From an uncultured Chloroflexia bacterium (GTDB taxonomy: Bacteria; Chloroflexota; Limnocylindria; Limnocylindrales; CSP1-4), in the NCBI GenBank assembly GCA_963767945.1, contig CAVYGH010000005.1, positions 67,790 to 131,789 of the forward strand: 64,000 nucleotides of DNA, written 5' to 3'. The number at the start of each line of letters is the position of its first letter. The stretch's first letter is position 1. The notes beneath the pieces were generated by a model. The model was not told the DNA's origin and searched no databases. It saw nothing but the letters and a program-made list of their open reading frames with translations. Position numbers and translations under genes: made by a program. Below are positions 50,047 to 60,543 of the stretch, piece after piece.

Positions 50047-52573
50047 ATGCGCGGTCTCGTTCCCTACGCCTGGCGGAGCCTCGTCGCCCGGCCCGCCCGC
50101 ACGCTGCTGACCGCCTCCGGCATCGCGATCGGCGTCGCCGTGCTGGTCGCCGCGCTGGCCGTGGACGCCGGGTTCGACGCATCCGTCGACCGGACCGTGG
50201 CCGCGCTCGTCGGCCGAGCCGACCTGCGCGTGGGGGCGTTCGCCGAGACGGGCCTGTCCGACCGCACGCTCGCGGCCGTCGACGCCGTCCCGGGCGTCGC
50301 GCTGACCGCGCCCGCGATCGAGCGGCGCACGTTCCTCCGCGCCAGCCCGGGTCGCCCCACCGCCACCGAGCCCGTGACCCTGTTGGGCGTCGACCTCGCG
50401 AGCGAGGCGCGCGTGCGCGATCTCGCGGCCGTCCGCGGCGTGCTGCCTGCGACGCTTGCTGCCGACCAGGCTTTGGTCACCGAGCAGCTGGCGGCCAGCG
50501 ACGGCGTTGACGTCGGCGACCGCCTCACGATCCTCGGGGCCGGGGCGCCGCGCGAGGCGACGGTCGTCGGCGTGCTCGCGGGCGACGGCCCCGTCCCCGG
50601 CACCGGCGGGCGGACGGTCGTGGTCCCGCTCGGCGCGGCCGCGGCGCTCAACGAGGGCGGCGGGCTGACCCGGATCGACGTCGTGCTCGCGGCCGGCGCG
50701 GATCCGGCGTCGGTGTCCGCCGCCATCGATCGGTCGATCACCGCGGACCCCTACGTCCTGTCCGCCCCGCGCGACCTCGAGGCGGCGCTCCGCGAATCCG
50801 ACGAACGACGTGCGCTCGACGATGGCGCTGCTCGCCGCCATCAGCCTGTTCGCGGCGGCGTTCGTGATCCTCAACACGCTCGCGATGACCGTGGCGGAGC
50901 GCGTCCGCGAGCTGGGCCTGCTCCGCGCGGCCGGCGCGAGCCGCGGGCAGATCGTCCGCATCGTGGCCGTCCAGGCCCTGCTGCTGGGGGCCCTCGGGTC
51001 GGCGATCGGGGTCGCGCTCGGCGTGCTCCTCGCCGGCTTCGTCGCGGGCTGGCTGCGCGCATCGGACGGCGTGACGCTCGACGGACCCGTCATCTCGCCC
51101 TCGATCGCGGTCGCCGGGGTCGTCGCCGGCCTCGCGATCACCATCGTCGCCGCGATGGAGCCCGCGCGCCGCGCGGCCTCGATCAGCCCGGTCGCCGCCC
51201 TCCGCGCCCGGGCCGAGGCCGCCGCGTCCGTGCGATCGCATACGAGCTGGCTGATCGCGATCGTGGGTGCCGTCGGCGTGCTCGCCGCGATCCTGCTGCC
51301 GGCCGCGAGCGGGACCGGGCCCCTCCCGGTTCGCGCGCTCGTGGTCTACCTCGTCCTGCTGTTCGCGGTGCTCGTGACGCCCGCGCTCCTCGGCCCCCTC
51401 GGCCGCATCGCCGGCCTCCCGTTCGCGGGCCTGTTCCGCCTCGAGGAGCGCCTCGCCCGCGCCGCGATCGCCCGCGACCGCGCCCGGACCACGATCACGG
51501 TGGGCGCGCTGGTCGTCGGCCTGGCGATGGTGGTCGCCCTGGGCGCCGTGGCCACCAACGCCCGCGCCGCCGCCACCGCCTGGCTGGGGGACGTCGTGCC
51601 GGGCGACGAGATCCTGACCGCGATCGCGCCCGCGCCGGTCGGCGACGAGGGGTACGAGCGCGAGATCGCCGCGATCGCCGGCGTCGCGCGGGCGACCCCG
51701 ATCGCCTCGTTCGACCTCGCCTACGCCGGGACCCGCCTCGACGCGGTCGCCATCCGGGGCGCCGACGTGGCGGCCGACGGGCGGCTGACGTTCACGGCGG
51801 GCGACCGGGCGGCCGCGCTGGCGGCCATCGACGACGGCGGGGCGGTGATCCTGCCTCGATCGCAGGCCGAACGCATGGGCGTGGGCCTGGGCGACGTCAT
51901 CGCCGCATCGACCGCCGGCGGCCCGGCCGAGCTCACGGTGGCCGGCGTCGTGGCGCGGTCCTTTCCCGGCCGGTCGGGCGAGGCCGTGATCGTCGGCTGG
52001 CCCGACGCGATCGGGCGGTTCGGCGTCGCCGGCGCGGACGCCTACGCCGTGCGCTACGACCCCGCGCGGGCGCCGACGGCCGCCGCGTCGGCCGCGGTCG
52101 CCGAGCTCGCCACCCAGCTCGCCCTGACCGTCGCACCGATCTCGCGCGTCGAGGGCGCGGTCGGCGACGCGCTCGACCGGGTGTTCGGGCTGCTCGACCT
52201 GCTGGCGCTGGCCGCGGTCGTCGTCGCGGGCCTGGGCATCGTCAACACGCTCTCGATGGACACCTGGGAGCGCATCCGCGAGCTCGGCGTGCTCCGGGCG
52301 GCCGGGATGAGCCGGCGCCAGGTCTGGCGCAGCGTGCTCGTCGAGGCCGGCATCCTGGGCACGATCGGCGCCGTGGTCGGCTCGATCGCCGGGATGGGCG
52401 TCGGCGTGCTGCTGGTCGCGTTCGCCGGCGGGCTCGGGAGCGGAATCCAGGTGCCGTGGCCCACGATCGCGCTCTCGCTCGTGCTCGGCGTCGCGCTCGC
52501 GATGCTCGCCGCGGCACAGCCGGCACGCATCGCCGGGCGGCGCTCGATCGTGGCCGCCGTTCGCGGCGAGTAG
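50047..52573 (+). CDS. ABC transporter permease with two FtsX-type domains (MacB-like); frame broken near 50800
   Basis: The N-terminal part is in ORF 50047 (ARTLLTASGIAIGVAVLVAALAV). The remainder is in ORF 50810..52573, with two copies of the ...NTL(A/S)M(T/D)V(A/W)ER(V/I)RELG(L/V)LRAAG... motif. Confidence 0.85.
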
Positions 52574-52672
52574 GCGCGGGCTCCCGGCCGGGGGCTCGCC
52601 GCGGCCGACCCGCGGTTGCTAGACTCCGGGCGACGCGGGGCCGCCCGACGAGCGGCGCCGAGAGGGAGATCG

Positions 52673-53317
52673 ATGTCCTACGCGCTGCCGTCCATCACGC
52701 GGGTGCCCGCCGCGGAGAAGGGGCTCACGATCGCGGACTTCCTCGTGCCCGTGCGCGTCGGCGAGCGCGTCTCGCCGCGGCTGCGCAACGGCGTCCTCGT
52801 CGTCGCCGGTGCGGTCCTGATCTTCCTGTGCGCCCAGGTCGCGATCCCGCGCGAGGGCAGCCAGGTCCCGTACACGCTCCAGACGTTCGGCGTGCTCGTC
52901 GTCGGCGGGGCGCTCGGCATGCGTCGCGGCGGGCTGGCGGCGTTCCTGTACCTCGTCGTCGGGCTGATCGGGGTGCCGTTCTTCGCGGAGCACAAGGGCG
53001 GCGTGGGGGTCGTCCTCGGCGCCACCGGCGGCTACATCGTGGGCTTCGTGCTCGCTGGGGCGCTGGTCGGGCGGCTGGCGGAGCTCGGCTGGGACCGCCG
53101 CATCGGCGGCGCGATCGGGGCCACGGCGCTGGGCACGCTGATGATCTACGCGGTCGGCGTCCCCTGGCTGGCGATCACCACCGGAATGTCGCTGGTCGAC
53201 GCGATCAAGGACGGCATGCTGCCGTTCCTCGTGGTCGACGGGATCAAGCTGCTCGCCGCGGCGGCCGTGTTCCCCTTCGCCTGGTGGGTGGTCGGGCGGC
53301 GCCCGAGCGAACGCTGA
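52673..53317 (+). CDS. bioY: Biotin transporter BioY (ECF S-component type)
   Basis: ORF 52616..53317 read from MSYALP. GGGAG lies upstream. Motifs: PYTLQTFGVLVVGGALG, GATGGYIVGF and PFLVVDGIKL. Confidence 0.8.
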   Translation: MSYALPSITRVPAAEKGLTIADFLVPVRVGERVSPRLRNGVLVVAGAVLIFLCAQVAIPREGSQVPYTLQTFGVLVVGGALGMRRGGLAAFLYLVVGLIGVPFFAEHKGGVGVVLGATGGYIVGFVLAGALVGRLAELGWDRRIGGAIGATALGTLMIYAVGVPWLAITTGMSLVDAIKDGMLPFLVVDGIKLLAAAAVFPFAWWVVGRRPSER

Positions 53318-54282
53318 CGGCGGCGCCGCCGGCCGTCGACGTCGATCGGCCGACGACCGCCCTCGATCCCGAGCTCGCCGGGCTGTACGGCCCGGACTCC
53401 GAGGCGTGGCGCCTCAATCGCGAGGCGGCCCTGCTGCTCGGCGCGGGTCCCCGGGCGCTCCTCCTCCAGATCGCCCATCCCCTCGTGGCCGAGGGCGTCG
53501 ACCAGCACTCGGACTTCCGCGCCGACCCCTGGGCCCGCCTCGCGGGGACGCTTCGCTCGTACCTCCGCATCGTGTACGGGACGGGGAGCGCGGCCCGCTC
53601 CGAGATCCGGCGCCTCAACGGCCTCCACCGCTCGATCGGCGGACCCGTCCGCGACGAGGCGATCGCGGCGCTGTTCGGGGCGTCGTACGAGGCCCGCGAA
53701 CCGGCCCTCTCGCTGTGGGTGCACGCCACCCTCGTCGACGCCACCCTGGCGACCGGCGACGCCTGGCTGGGCCCGACGCCGGCGGACGTCCGCCGGCGGT
53801 TCTACGCGGAGACGCTGCCGGTGGCCCGGTTGTTCGGCGTGCCGGAGGGCCTGCTGCCGGCCGATGTCGACGCGTTCGACGACTACGTCGCCTCGATGCT
53901 CTCGCCCGACGGCCCGGTCCATCCGTCCCCGACGGCACGCGAGCTCGCCCGGGTGATCCTGCACCCGCCCCTCGCGCCGCTCGTCGAGTCGGGGCCGATC
54001 GCCGCCCGGCTCGGGCGGCTGGGCCCGCCGTCTGCCGCGCTCCTGCGGGCCGTCCCGACGCCCGCGTACGACTGGCTGCTCGTCCCGGCGATCGGGCTCC
54101 TGCCGCCATCGACGCGCGACGACTACGGGCTCACCTGGGGTCCGCGCGAGCGCGCGATCGACGCCTGGCTGACCGCGACGTGGGGCTTCTGGCGCGAGCG
54201 GGTGCCGCCGCGCTGGCGATGGTTCCCCCAGGCGCTGGCCGCCGACCGGCGGGTCGGCAGGGAGCCGGTCCGCTCGCGCTAG
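53314..54282 (+). CDS. DUF2236 (MpaB-type oxygenase) family protein; start codon unclear
   Basis: Tail of ORF 50047..54282. Motifs: SEAWRLNREAALLLGAGPRALLLQIAHPLVAEGV and DPWARLAGT. There is no ATG/GTG/TTG near the 5' end, only CTG 53314 overlapping the bioY stop. Confidence 0.65.
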   Translation: MTAAPPAVDVDRPTTALDPELAGLYGPDSEAWRLNREAALLLGAGPRALLLQIAHPLVAEGVDQHSDFRADPWARLAGTLRSYLRIVYGTGSAARSEIRRLNGLHRSIGGPVRDEAIAALFGASYEAREPALSLWVHATLVDATLATGDAWLGPTPADVRRRFYAETLPVARLFGVPEGLLPADVDAFDDYVASMLSPDGPVHPSPTARELARVILHPPLAPLVESGPIAARLGRLGPPSAALLRAVPTPAYDWLLVPAIGLLPPSTRDDYGLTWGPRERAIDAWLTATWGFWRERVPPRWRWFPQALAADRRVGREPVRSR

Positions 54283-54855
54283 CGGCGCGCCGCCCAGTCG
54301 GCCATCGCGTCGGCGAGCGGGCGGATCGGGACTGGCGGGCGATCGGCGGGATCCAGCTCGAGCCCGAACCACTCGACCCCGTGCCAGCGGTCCTGCTTCC
54401 AGCCGATGGCCCGGAACTCCCCGATCCGCTCGAACCGCGAGCGCCAGGTGGAGGCCGGTCGACGGGGGGTTCGGCTGGGTGATGCCCGCGACGACGAGGT
54501 GGAACCCCTGGATGCGCAGGATCTCGAGCAGCGCCGTCATCGCCATCCGCCCGATCCCGCGCCCGGCGAACGCCCGGTCGACGTAGACCGTGGACTCGAC
54601 CGTCCAGTCGTAGGCCGCCCGGTCCCGGTGGCGGGTGCCGTAGGCGTAGCCGCGGACGACGCCGTCGACCTCGACGACCAGCCATGGCGTGCGCTCGATC
54701 GTTCGGGCGATGCGCGCGGCCATCTCGTCGGCGGTGGGCGGTGTCAGCTCGAATGAGATCGACGTCTCCTCGACGTACGGCCCATAGATCGCGGCGCAGG
54801 CGGCGCCGTCCTCGGGACCGGCGAGGCGGACGACCGGCCCGGCATGGCTCGTCAT
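54279..54855 (-). CDS. GNAT N-acetyltransferase (phosphinothricin acetyltransferase-like); frame broken near 54440
   Basis: MTSHAGPVVRLA...VVRGYAYG...RGIGRMAMTALLE is in the ORF 53146..54888 frame. The C-terminus FERIGEFRAIGWKQDRWHGVEWFGLEL is in another frame. Its stop overlaps the convergent gene's stop. Confidence 0.8.
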
Positions 54856-54862
54856 CGCGGGC

Positions 54863-56347
54863 TCAGTACAGGCTCGGGAACCGGCCACGCCACGTGGCGC
54901 GCAGGTTGATCGGCGTCGCGGCGTCGAGGGCGTCGAGCAGCGTCCGCGTGTGCGTCAGGCCCCAGCGGTGGTCGCGGATGTAGCCGCGGATCGCCGCCCA
55001 GAACGGCTTCGAGCCCATCCGCTCGCGCGCGTCGTCGAGGAGGTTGCCGCCCTGGATGTAGACGACCTCGTAGTAGCAGGTCGACGAGTAGCGGTAGATC
55101 GACCGGTCGAGGTCGTCGCGACCGCAACGGGAGCCGCGCCGAAGGCCGGTCACCTTGCGGGCGACGAAGTCCGCGGCCGCCTCGTCGGCGAACGGCTCGC
55201 GGGCCTGGTCGTTGCCGACCAGGCCGTAGAACCACTGGTGGGCGATCTCGTGGGTGACGAGGTAGGTCAGGTTGCCCGACGGCGTCCCGGTCGGGATCCA
55301 GGCGACGCCCGGGCCTTCCATGCCGTAGGCGCCCGCCGACTGGACGACCTTGAGGACCGGGTAGGGGTAGGGACCGAGCCGGGCCTCGAGCCTTGCGAAG
55401 CGCGCTCTTCGGCGGCGTCGAGCGTCCGCCCCGCGGGGAAGCCGGGCCGCGAGATCACGCGGACCTCGGTGTCGCCCACCTGGCGCCTGCGCGAGCGATA
55501 GTCGGTCGCCGCCGTGACCACGAAGTCCCGCACGCTGGTCGCGCGGAAGGTCTTCGTCCGGCCGCCGTCAGTGGTGTCGACGAGGCCCCCGGTGTTGCCG
55601 AACGCCAGCGGCACGTCCGTCCGGATCCGGACCGTGACCCGGGGGCTGACCGGCGTCACGAACGGGTCGCCGTGGTTGGGGCGCTCGAACCGGCGCTTGC
55701 GGCTGACCCACGGGATCCAGCGATGCATGTCGACGATGCCGTTCGCCCGGGTGAACAGCCAGCTCGAGCCCGACAGCGACGAGCGGAGCCGCGCCCTGAA
55801 GGGAACGACGACGGTCGCCGTGGCGCCGTCGGGGAGGACGCCGCCGAGCGGGACGACGATCGTCTGGCCGTCGATCCGGGCGTTCGCGCGGCGGCCGTCG
55901 ACGGTCACCGAGCCGAGATCCAGGGCGCCGAGCTTGGCCATCACGGTGTTCAACAGCAGCCGGTCGATGCCGGCGCCCGACCGGTTCCGGGCTTCGATCA
56001 CGGCCTTGCCGCCGACCCGGCGCGTCGCCAGCGAGAGGTGCACGTTGACGTCGTACGTCGCGCTTATGGCCAGGGTCGAGCGGTGGACGGCGCCCGGGAC
56101 GATCGCCGACCCGGCCGCGGCCGCTTCGGGTCTCTGGCTCGACCGCCGGCGCCACCGCCGGCTCGATCGGCGATGCGGCCGGCGACGGCACGGCGCTCGT
56201 CGGTGACGCCTTCATCGCGGGCGCCCGCAGCGTCGGCGTCGGCGCCACGGCGGCCGGTCCCTCGCAGGCGATCGTCGCGGTCGCGAGCAGGACCAGCGTC
56301 ACGGCCAGGCGGCGACTCGAGGTTTCGGGTCGGAGCATGCGGCGCAT
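54863..56347 (-). CDS. Lipoprotein M1-family-like zinc peptidase; at least 2 frame breaks (~56130, ~55400)
   Basis: Lipobox LLATATIAC is in the ORF 55568..56749 frame. The middle part is in ORF 55267..56043. FARLEARLGPYPYPVLKVV...VTHEIAHQWFYGLVGNDQAREPFADEA is in ORF 54863..55321. Confidence 0.75.
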
Positions 56348-56589
56348 CGTAGCGTCGGACGCGGACCGCGGCGTCGACGCGTGGGACCCATCGCTGTCAG
56401 CGAACGTTCTCGTGCCCAAGGGCCCATCGGCCTGTCCCCGCAGGCGCGGCGATCGCTCCGAGCGATGGATGCGCGCCCAGCGGCGACGGTCGGCGCGCTT
56501 CGAGCCAAAAGCGTTCACCGCCGGTGATGGTTGCCGCTCCCGCTGTGGCGCGGCCCAGGAACTCGCGCGGCCGTCGGATACTGGCGGCG

Positions 56590-58008
56590 ATGGGCGACGA
56601 GGCGCGCAACCACGACGTTCGGGGCGACGGCCAAGGTCTGCTGCGCGCGATCGCGGCCCGGCTGCCGGAGCTGCGGCTGCTGACCGATCCCGCCGACCGC
56701 GAGTCGTATCGACGGGACGAGACCGCCTATCTCGAGGCGGGCCTCCCACTGGCCGTCGCGCTGCCCACGACCACGGCCGAGGTCGCCGCGCTGGTCCGGT
56801 TGTGTGGCGAGCACGACGTCCCGGTCGTGCCCCGCGGCGCCGGGTCCGGGCTGTCCGGTGGCGCCGCCGGCATCGAGGGCGCCCTGACGATCGCGTTCAC
56901 GCGGATGACCCGGATCCTCGAGATCGACCGCGAGAACCTGACGGTCACGACCCAGCCCGGCATCGTGAACGCCGACCTCAAGGCGGCCGTGGCCGCGGAG
57001 GGCCTGTTCTACGCGCCCGATCCCGCGTCGTACGAGATGTGCACGATCGGCGGCAACCTCGGCACCAACGCCGGCGGCCTGTGCTGCGTGAAGTACGGCG
57101 TGACGCGCGACGCGGTACTCGGGCTCGAGGTCGTGATGGCCGACGCGACCGTGCTGCGGCTGGGCGGCAAGAACGTGAAGGACGTCGCGGGGTACGGCCT
57201 GATCCCGCTGCTCGTCGGCAGCCAGGGCACGCTCGGGCTGATGACCGAGGCCACCCTCCGCCTGCGCCCGGCGCCGCCGCCGCGGGCGACGATGCTTGCC
57301 TTCTTCCCGACCCTCGAGTCGGCCGGCGATGCCGTGGCCGGGCTCACGGCGGCCGGCCTGGGCCCGGTGACGCTGGAGCTGATGGATCGGTTCACGATCC
57401 GCGCCGTCGACGACGTGCACAAGCTCGGCCTCGACCGAGACGCCGCCGCGATGCTGCTCGTCGAGTCGGACCTCCCCGGCGGCGCGGCGGCGGCCGAGAT
57501 GGACGCGGCCGAGCCCGTGTGCGAGGCGGCCGGGGCGACGCTGATCGTCCGGGCCGCGGATCCCCAGGAGGCCGACTGGCTGCGGCAGGGCCGGCGCCTC
57601 GCGTACCGCGCGCTCGAGCATCTCGGGGTGGCGCGGATGGAGGACGTCGGCGTGCCGCGGAGCCGCGTGCCGGAGATGCTCACGGCGATCGAGGCGATCG
57701 CGGACCGCCATCGGCTGGCGGTCGGGACCTTCGGCCACGCCGGCGACGGCAACCTGCACCCGACGTTCGTGCTCGATCGGGACGAGGACGAGGCGGCGTC
57801 GGTCCCGAGGCTCGAGGCCGCTCGCAACGACCTGTACGAGGCGGCGCTCGCGCTCGGCGGCACGGTCACCGGCGAGCATGGGATCGGGGTCGCCCGACGC
57901 GAGTGGCTCGTTCGCCAGCGTGGCGAGGACGCGGTCGCGGTCATGCGGGCGATCAAGCACGCGCTGGACCCGAAGGACCTGCTCAACCCGGGGCGCGTCC
58001 TGGCCTGA
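56590..58008 (+). CDS. FAD-linked oxidase, glycolate oxidase subunit GlcD-like
   Basis: ORF 56524..58008 read from MGDEARNH. Motifs: PRGAGSGLSGG, IGGNLGTNAGG and TGEHGIGVARR. Confidence 0.85.
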   Translation: MGDEARNHDVRGDGQGLLRAIAARLPELRLLTDPADRESYRRDETAYLEAGLPLAVALPTTTAEVAALVRLCGEHDVPVVPRGAGSGLSGGAAGIEGALTIAFTRMTRILEIDRENLTVTTQPGIVNADLKAAVAAEGLFYAPDPASYEMCTIGGNLGTNAGGLCCVKYGVTRDAVLGLEVVMADATVLRLGGKNVKDVAGYGLIPLLVGSQGTLGLMTEATLRLRPAPPPRATMLAFFPTLESAGDAVAGLTAAGLGPVTLELMDRFTIRAVDDVHKLGLDRDAAAMLLVESDLPGGAAAAEMDAAEPVCEAAGATLIVRAADPQEADWLRQGRRLAYRALEHLGVARMEDVGVPRSRVPEMLTAIEAIADRHRLAVGTFGHAGDGNLHPTFVLDRDEDEAASVPRLEAARNDLYEAALALGGTVTGEHGIGVARREWLVRQRGEDAVAVMRAIKHALDPKDLLNPGRVLA

Positions 58009-58034
58009 GGCCGGCCCCGGCCGTGGCTCGCGCG

Positions 58035-59048
58035 TCAGGCCCCGGTGTCGACCTCGCGGAAGAAGCGGGCGATCGGCCAGGCGCCGTCGGTCCAGTTCGA
58101 GATCATGGTCGTGACGGCGCCCGTCGACGGCCGGCAGGTCGAGAGGAACGAGATGCCGGCGTCGTAGCCCTCGAGCTGGATCGCGTCGCCGCCGGCCGGC
58201 AGCCAGAACCCGAGGCCGTATCGCCGGTCGTCCTCCGCCGACTCGCTGCGGGGCACGGTCATCTCGGCGAGGACGTCGGGCGGCACGATGCGTCCGGCGA
58301 GCAGCGAGGCCCAGAACGAGCGCAGGTCCGCGAGCGTCGTGAACAGCCCGCCATCCCCGACGCCGCGGAGCGGCATGTGGAGCTGGTTCGTCCGCAACCC
58401 GTCGACCTCGAGGTAGCCGGTCGCCGTCCTCGGCTGCGGCGCATCCGACCGCTGGAACGCCGTGTCCACCATGCCGGCCGGTGCGATCACCCGGTCGTGG
58501 ACGAGCTGGTGGTACGGCAGGCCGGCCGCGCGTTGCGCGAGGATCGCGAGCAGGACGAAGCCGCCGTTGTTGTACGCGAACCGCTCGTCGGCCGGGAACA
58601 CCGTGGGATGACCGTCGAGGGCGGGGAGGTAGTCCTCGGCGTCGAGGTATCGATGGCCGGGCTCCGGCAGGACGTAGTCGTTCACGTCGAGCTCGGATTC
58701 GTCGAGGTAGTCGCCGATGCCGGACCGGTGGCCCAGCAGGTGCTGGACCGTCACGTCGGCGGCGACGAGCGGCAGGTCCGCGCCGAGGAGCGAGCGCGCG
58801 GTGGCGTCGAGCGACAGCGTCCCGTCGGTGACCAGGCTCATCACCGTGAGCGCGGTGAACCCCTTGGCGCCGCTGGCGATCGCGAGGATCGAGTCCGGCC
58901 TGACCGGTACCTGCCACCGCCGGTCCGCCAGGCCGACCGCCAGGTCGACAGGCGGGCGGCCGGGCCGGTCAACGCCGATGAGGCCGGAGAACGAGGCCTC
59001 GGCGGCGACGGTTTCGAGGGCGGGGAGCCAGTCGGGATTCGTGACCAT
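58035..59048 (-). CDS. Serine hydrolase of the beta-lactamase class C / penicillin-binding family
   Basis: ORF 58035..59087, probable start MVTNPDW at 59048. SxxK is present as ASGAKGF and YxN as YNNGGF. Confidence 0.8.
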   Translation of the reverse strand: MVTNPDWLPALETVAAEASFSGLIGVDRPGRPPVDLAVGLADRRWQVPVRPDSILAIASGAKGFTALTVMSLVTDGTLSLDATARSLLGADLPLVAADVTVQHLLGHRSGIGDYLDESELDVNDYVLPEPGHRYLDAEDYLPALDGHPTVFPADERFAYNNGGFVLLAILAQRAAGLPYHQLVHDRVIAPAGMVDTAFQRSDAPQPRTATGYLEVDGLRTNQLHMPLRGVGDGGLFTTLADLRSFWASLLAGRIVPPDVLAEMTVPRSESAEDDRRYGLGFWLPAGGDAIQLEGYDAGISFLSTCRPSTGAVTTMISNWTDGAWPIARFFREVDTGA

Positions 59049-59110
59049 CGCGGAAGCGTACGGGACGAGTGACACGCGAGGTGTCACAGGCGGCCCCGAG
59101 GATGCGCGTC

Positions 59111-60412
59111 ATGGAAGCCCGAATCCTCCCGCTCCCGACGCCGACCTCGATGCCCACCGGCCGCCCGGAGACCGCGCCTTCGGTGCGCGTCGACGGGGCC
59201 CGGATCGTCATCGAGCGACTCGCCCTCACGGACCCGGTGCTCGCCGCGTCGCTCGCCGAGCGCGAGCCCGACGAGCGCCCGGCCGTGGTCGAGCGCGCCC
59301 TCAAGATCGGCCTCCTGGCGCTCCAGGACGCGTCGACGGCGGTCGACGTGGACGTCGTCCGGCGCGAGTTCGAGAAGCTGATGGCCCAGACGACGGCCGT
59401 CAACGAGCAGGCGGCCCGCGCCGTCGAGGACGTCCTGCGCGCCAACTTCGCCGACGGCGACGGGCGGCTGCCGCGAACCCTCGAGAAGTTCCTGGGCGAC
59501 CGGGGTGCCCTGCGCCAGTTCGTCAACGAGCTGTTCGACGAGACGCGGCGTGACTCCGCGATCGGGCGCATCGGCGGCCTGCTCGGCCAGTACTTCGACG
59601 GCGACCGCTCGAAGGTCGCCCAGCTCCTCGACCCGACCCGGCTCGGCTCGCCGCTCCACCAGTTCCGCAAGGAGATCGCCGAGGGCTTCGCCGGCGTCCA
59701 CGAGCGGCTGGCCGCGATCGAGGCGGCGTCCCGCGCCCGCGCAGACGAGCGCTCCCGGTCGGCCGCCAAGGGCGGCGACTTCGAGGACCTGCTCGAGGAC
59801 CTGCTGGGCTCGCTCGCCCGGGGCGCCGGCGACCTCCTCGACCGGACCGGCACGGAGACCGGGGCCGTGCTGGGCTCGAAGAAGGGCGACTTCGTGCTGA
59901 CGATCGACTCGCGCCTCGCCCGCGGCGCCGACCTGCGCGTCGTCGTCGAGGCCAAGGACCGGTCGATGTCGCAGCGCGCGATGCGCGAGGAGCTGCGCGA
60001 GGCGCGCGACAACCGCGCCGCGGCCGTCGCCGTCGCGGTCTGGTCGCCCACCCATGCGCCGACCGGCGTGGCGCCGTTCGCGATGGTCGGCGACGACGTC
60101 CACGTGGTGGTCGATCCCGAGGCGCCCGACGCCGCCTACCTCGAGGCCGCGATCCGGCTGGCCCGCCTGCTCGCGCTGGCGTCGCTCCAGGAGCACGAGG
60201 TCGACGTCGACGCCGCGGCCATCGCCCGCGCGCTCACCGGGATCCGCGAGCAGCTCGACGCGATCCGGGCCATGAAGACCCAGCTGACCTCCGTTTCGAA
60301 CGCGACCAAGGCCGTCTGGACGGGCCTCGACACGCTCCGCGCGGGCATCCTGGTGAAGGTCGGAGAGGCCGAGGCGGAGCTCCGCCTGGCGGGCACGACG
60401 AGCGCCGCCTGA
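59111..60412 (+). CDS. Coiled-coil protein with a C-terminal PD-(D/E)xK-like nuclease-fold domain (DUF2130-like by memory)
   Basis: ORF 59069..60412. GAGG lies 10 nt before ATG 59111. The N-terminal 230 aa are helical. Then GGDFEDLLEDLL...KKGDFVLTI...LRVVVEAKDRS (D...ExK). Confidence 0.6.
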   Translation: MEARILPLPTPTSMPTGRPETAPSVRVDGARIVIERLALTDPVLAASLAEREPDERPAVVERALKIGLLALQDASTAVDVDVVRREFEKLMAQTTAVNEQAARAVEDVLRANFADGDGRLPRTLEKFLGDRGALRQFVNELFDETRRDSAIGRIGGLLGQYFDGDRSKVAQLLDPTRLGSPLHQFRKEIAEGFAGVHERLAAIEAASRARADERSRSAAKGGDFEDLLEDLLGSLARGAGDLLDRTGTETGAVLGSKKGDFVLTIDSRLARGADLRVVVEAKDRSMSQRAMREELREARDNRAAAVAVAVWSPTHAPTGVAPFAMVGDDVHVVVDPEAPDAAYLEAAIRLARLLALASLQEHEVDVDAAAIARALTGIREQLDAIRAMKTQLTSVSNATKAVWTGLDTLRAGILVKVGEAEAELRLAGTTSAA

Positions 60413-60543
60413 GGTCGTCCCCCCGGACCGCGGGGCCATGGCGAAGCGTGACAACAAGGCCATACCCATGGGACGATGGGTCAGAGACCCTTGACCCCGA
60501 GCCGGGCAATGGCGTCTCCGGCGATCGTGACCGGGAGCCCCCG

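Noticed and set aside
50047-54282. 1411-aa ORF on the plus strand
   Set aside because: This is a chimeric read-through made possible by the scarcity of stop codons at this GC content. Only its first ~250 codons (FtsX permease N-terminus) and last ~320 codons (DUF2236 protein) are protein-like. The middle is Arg/Gly/Pro-rich out-of-frame translation of the permease and bioY.
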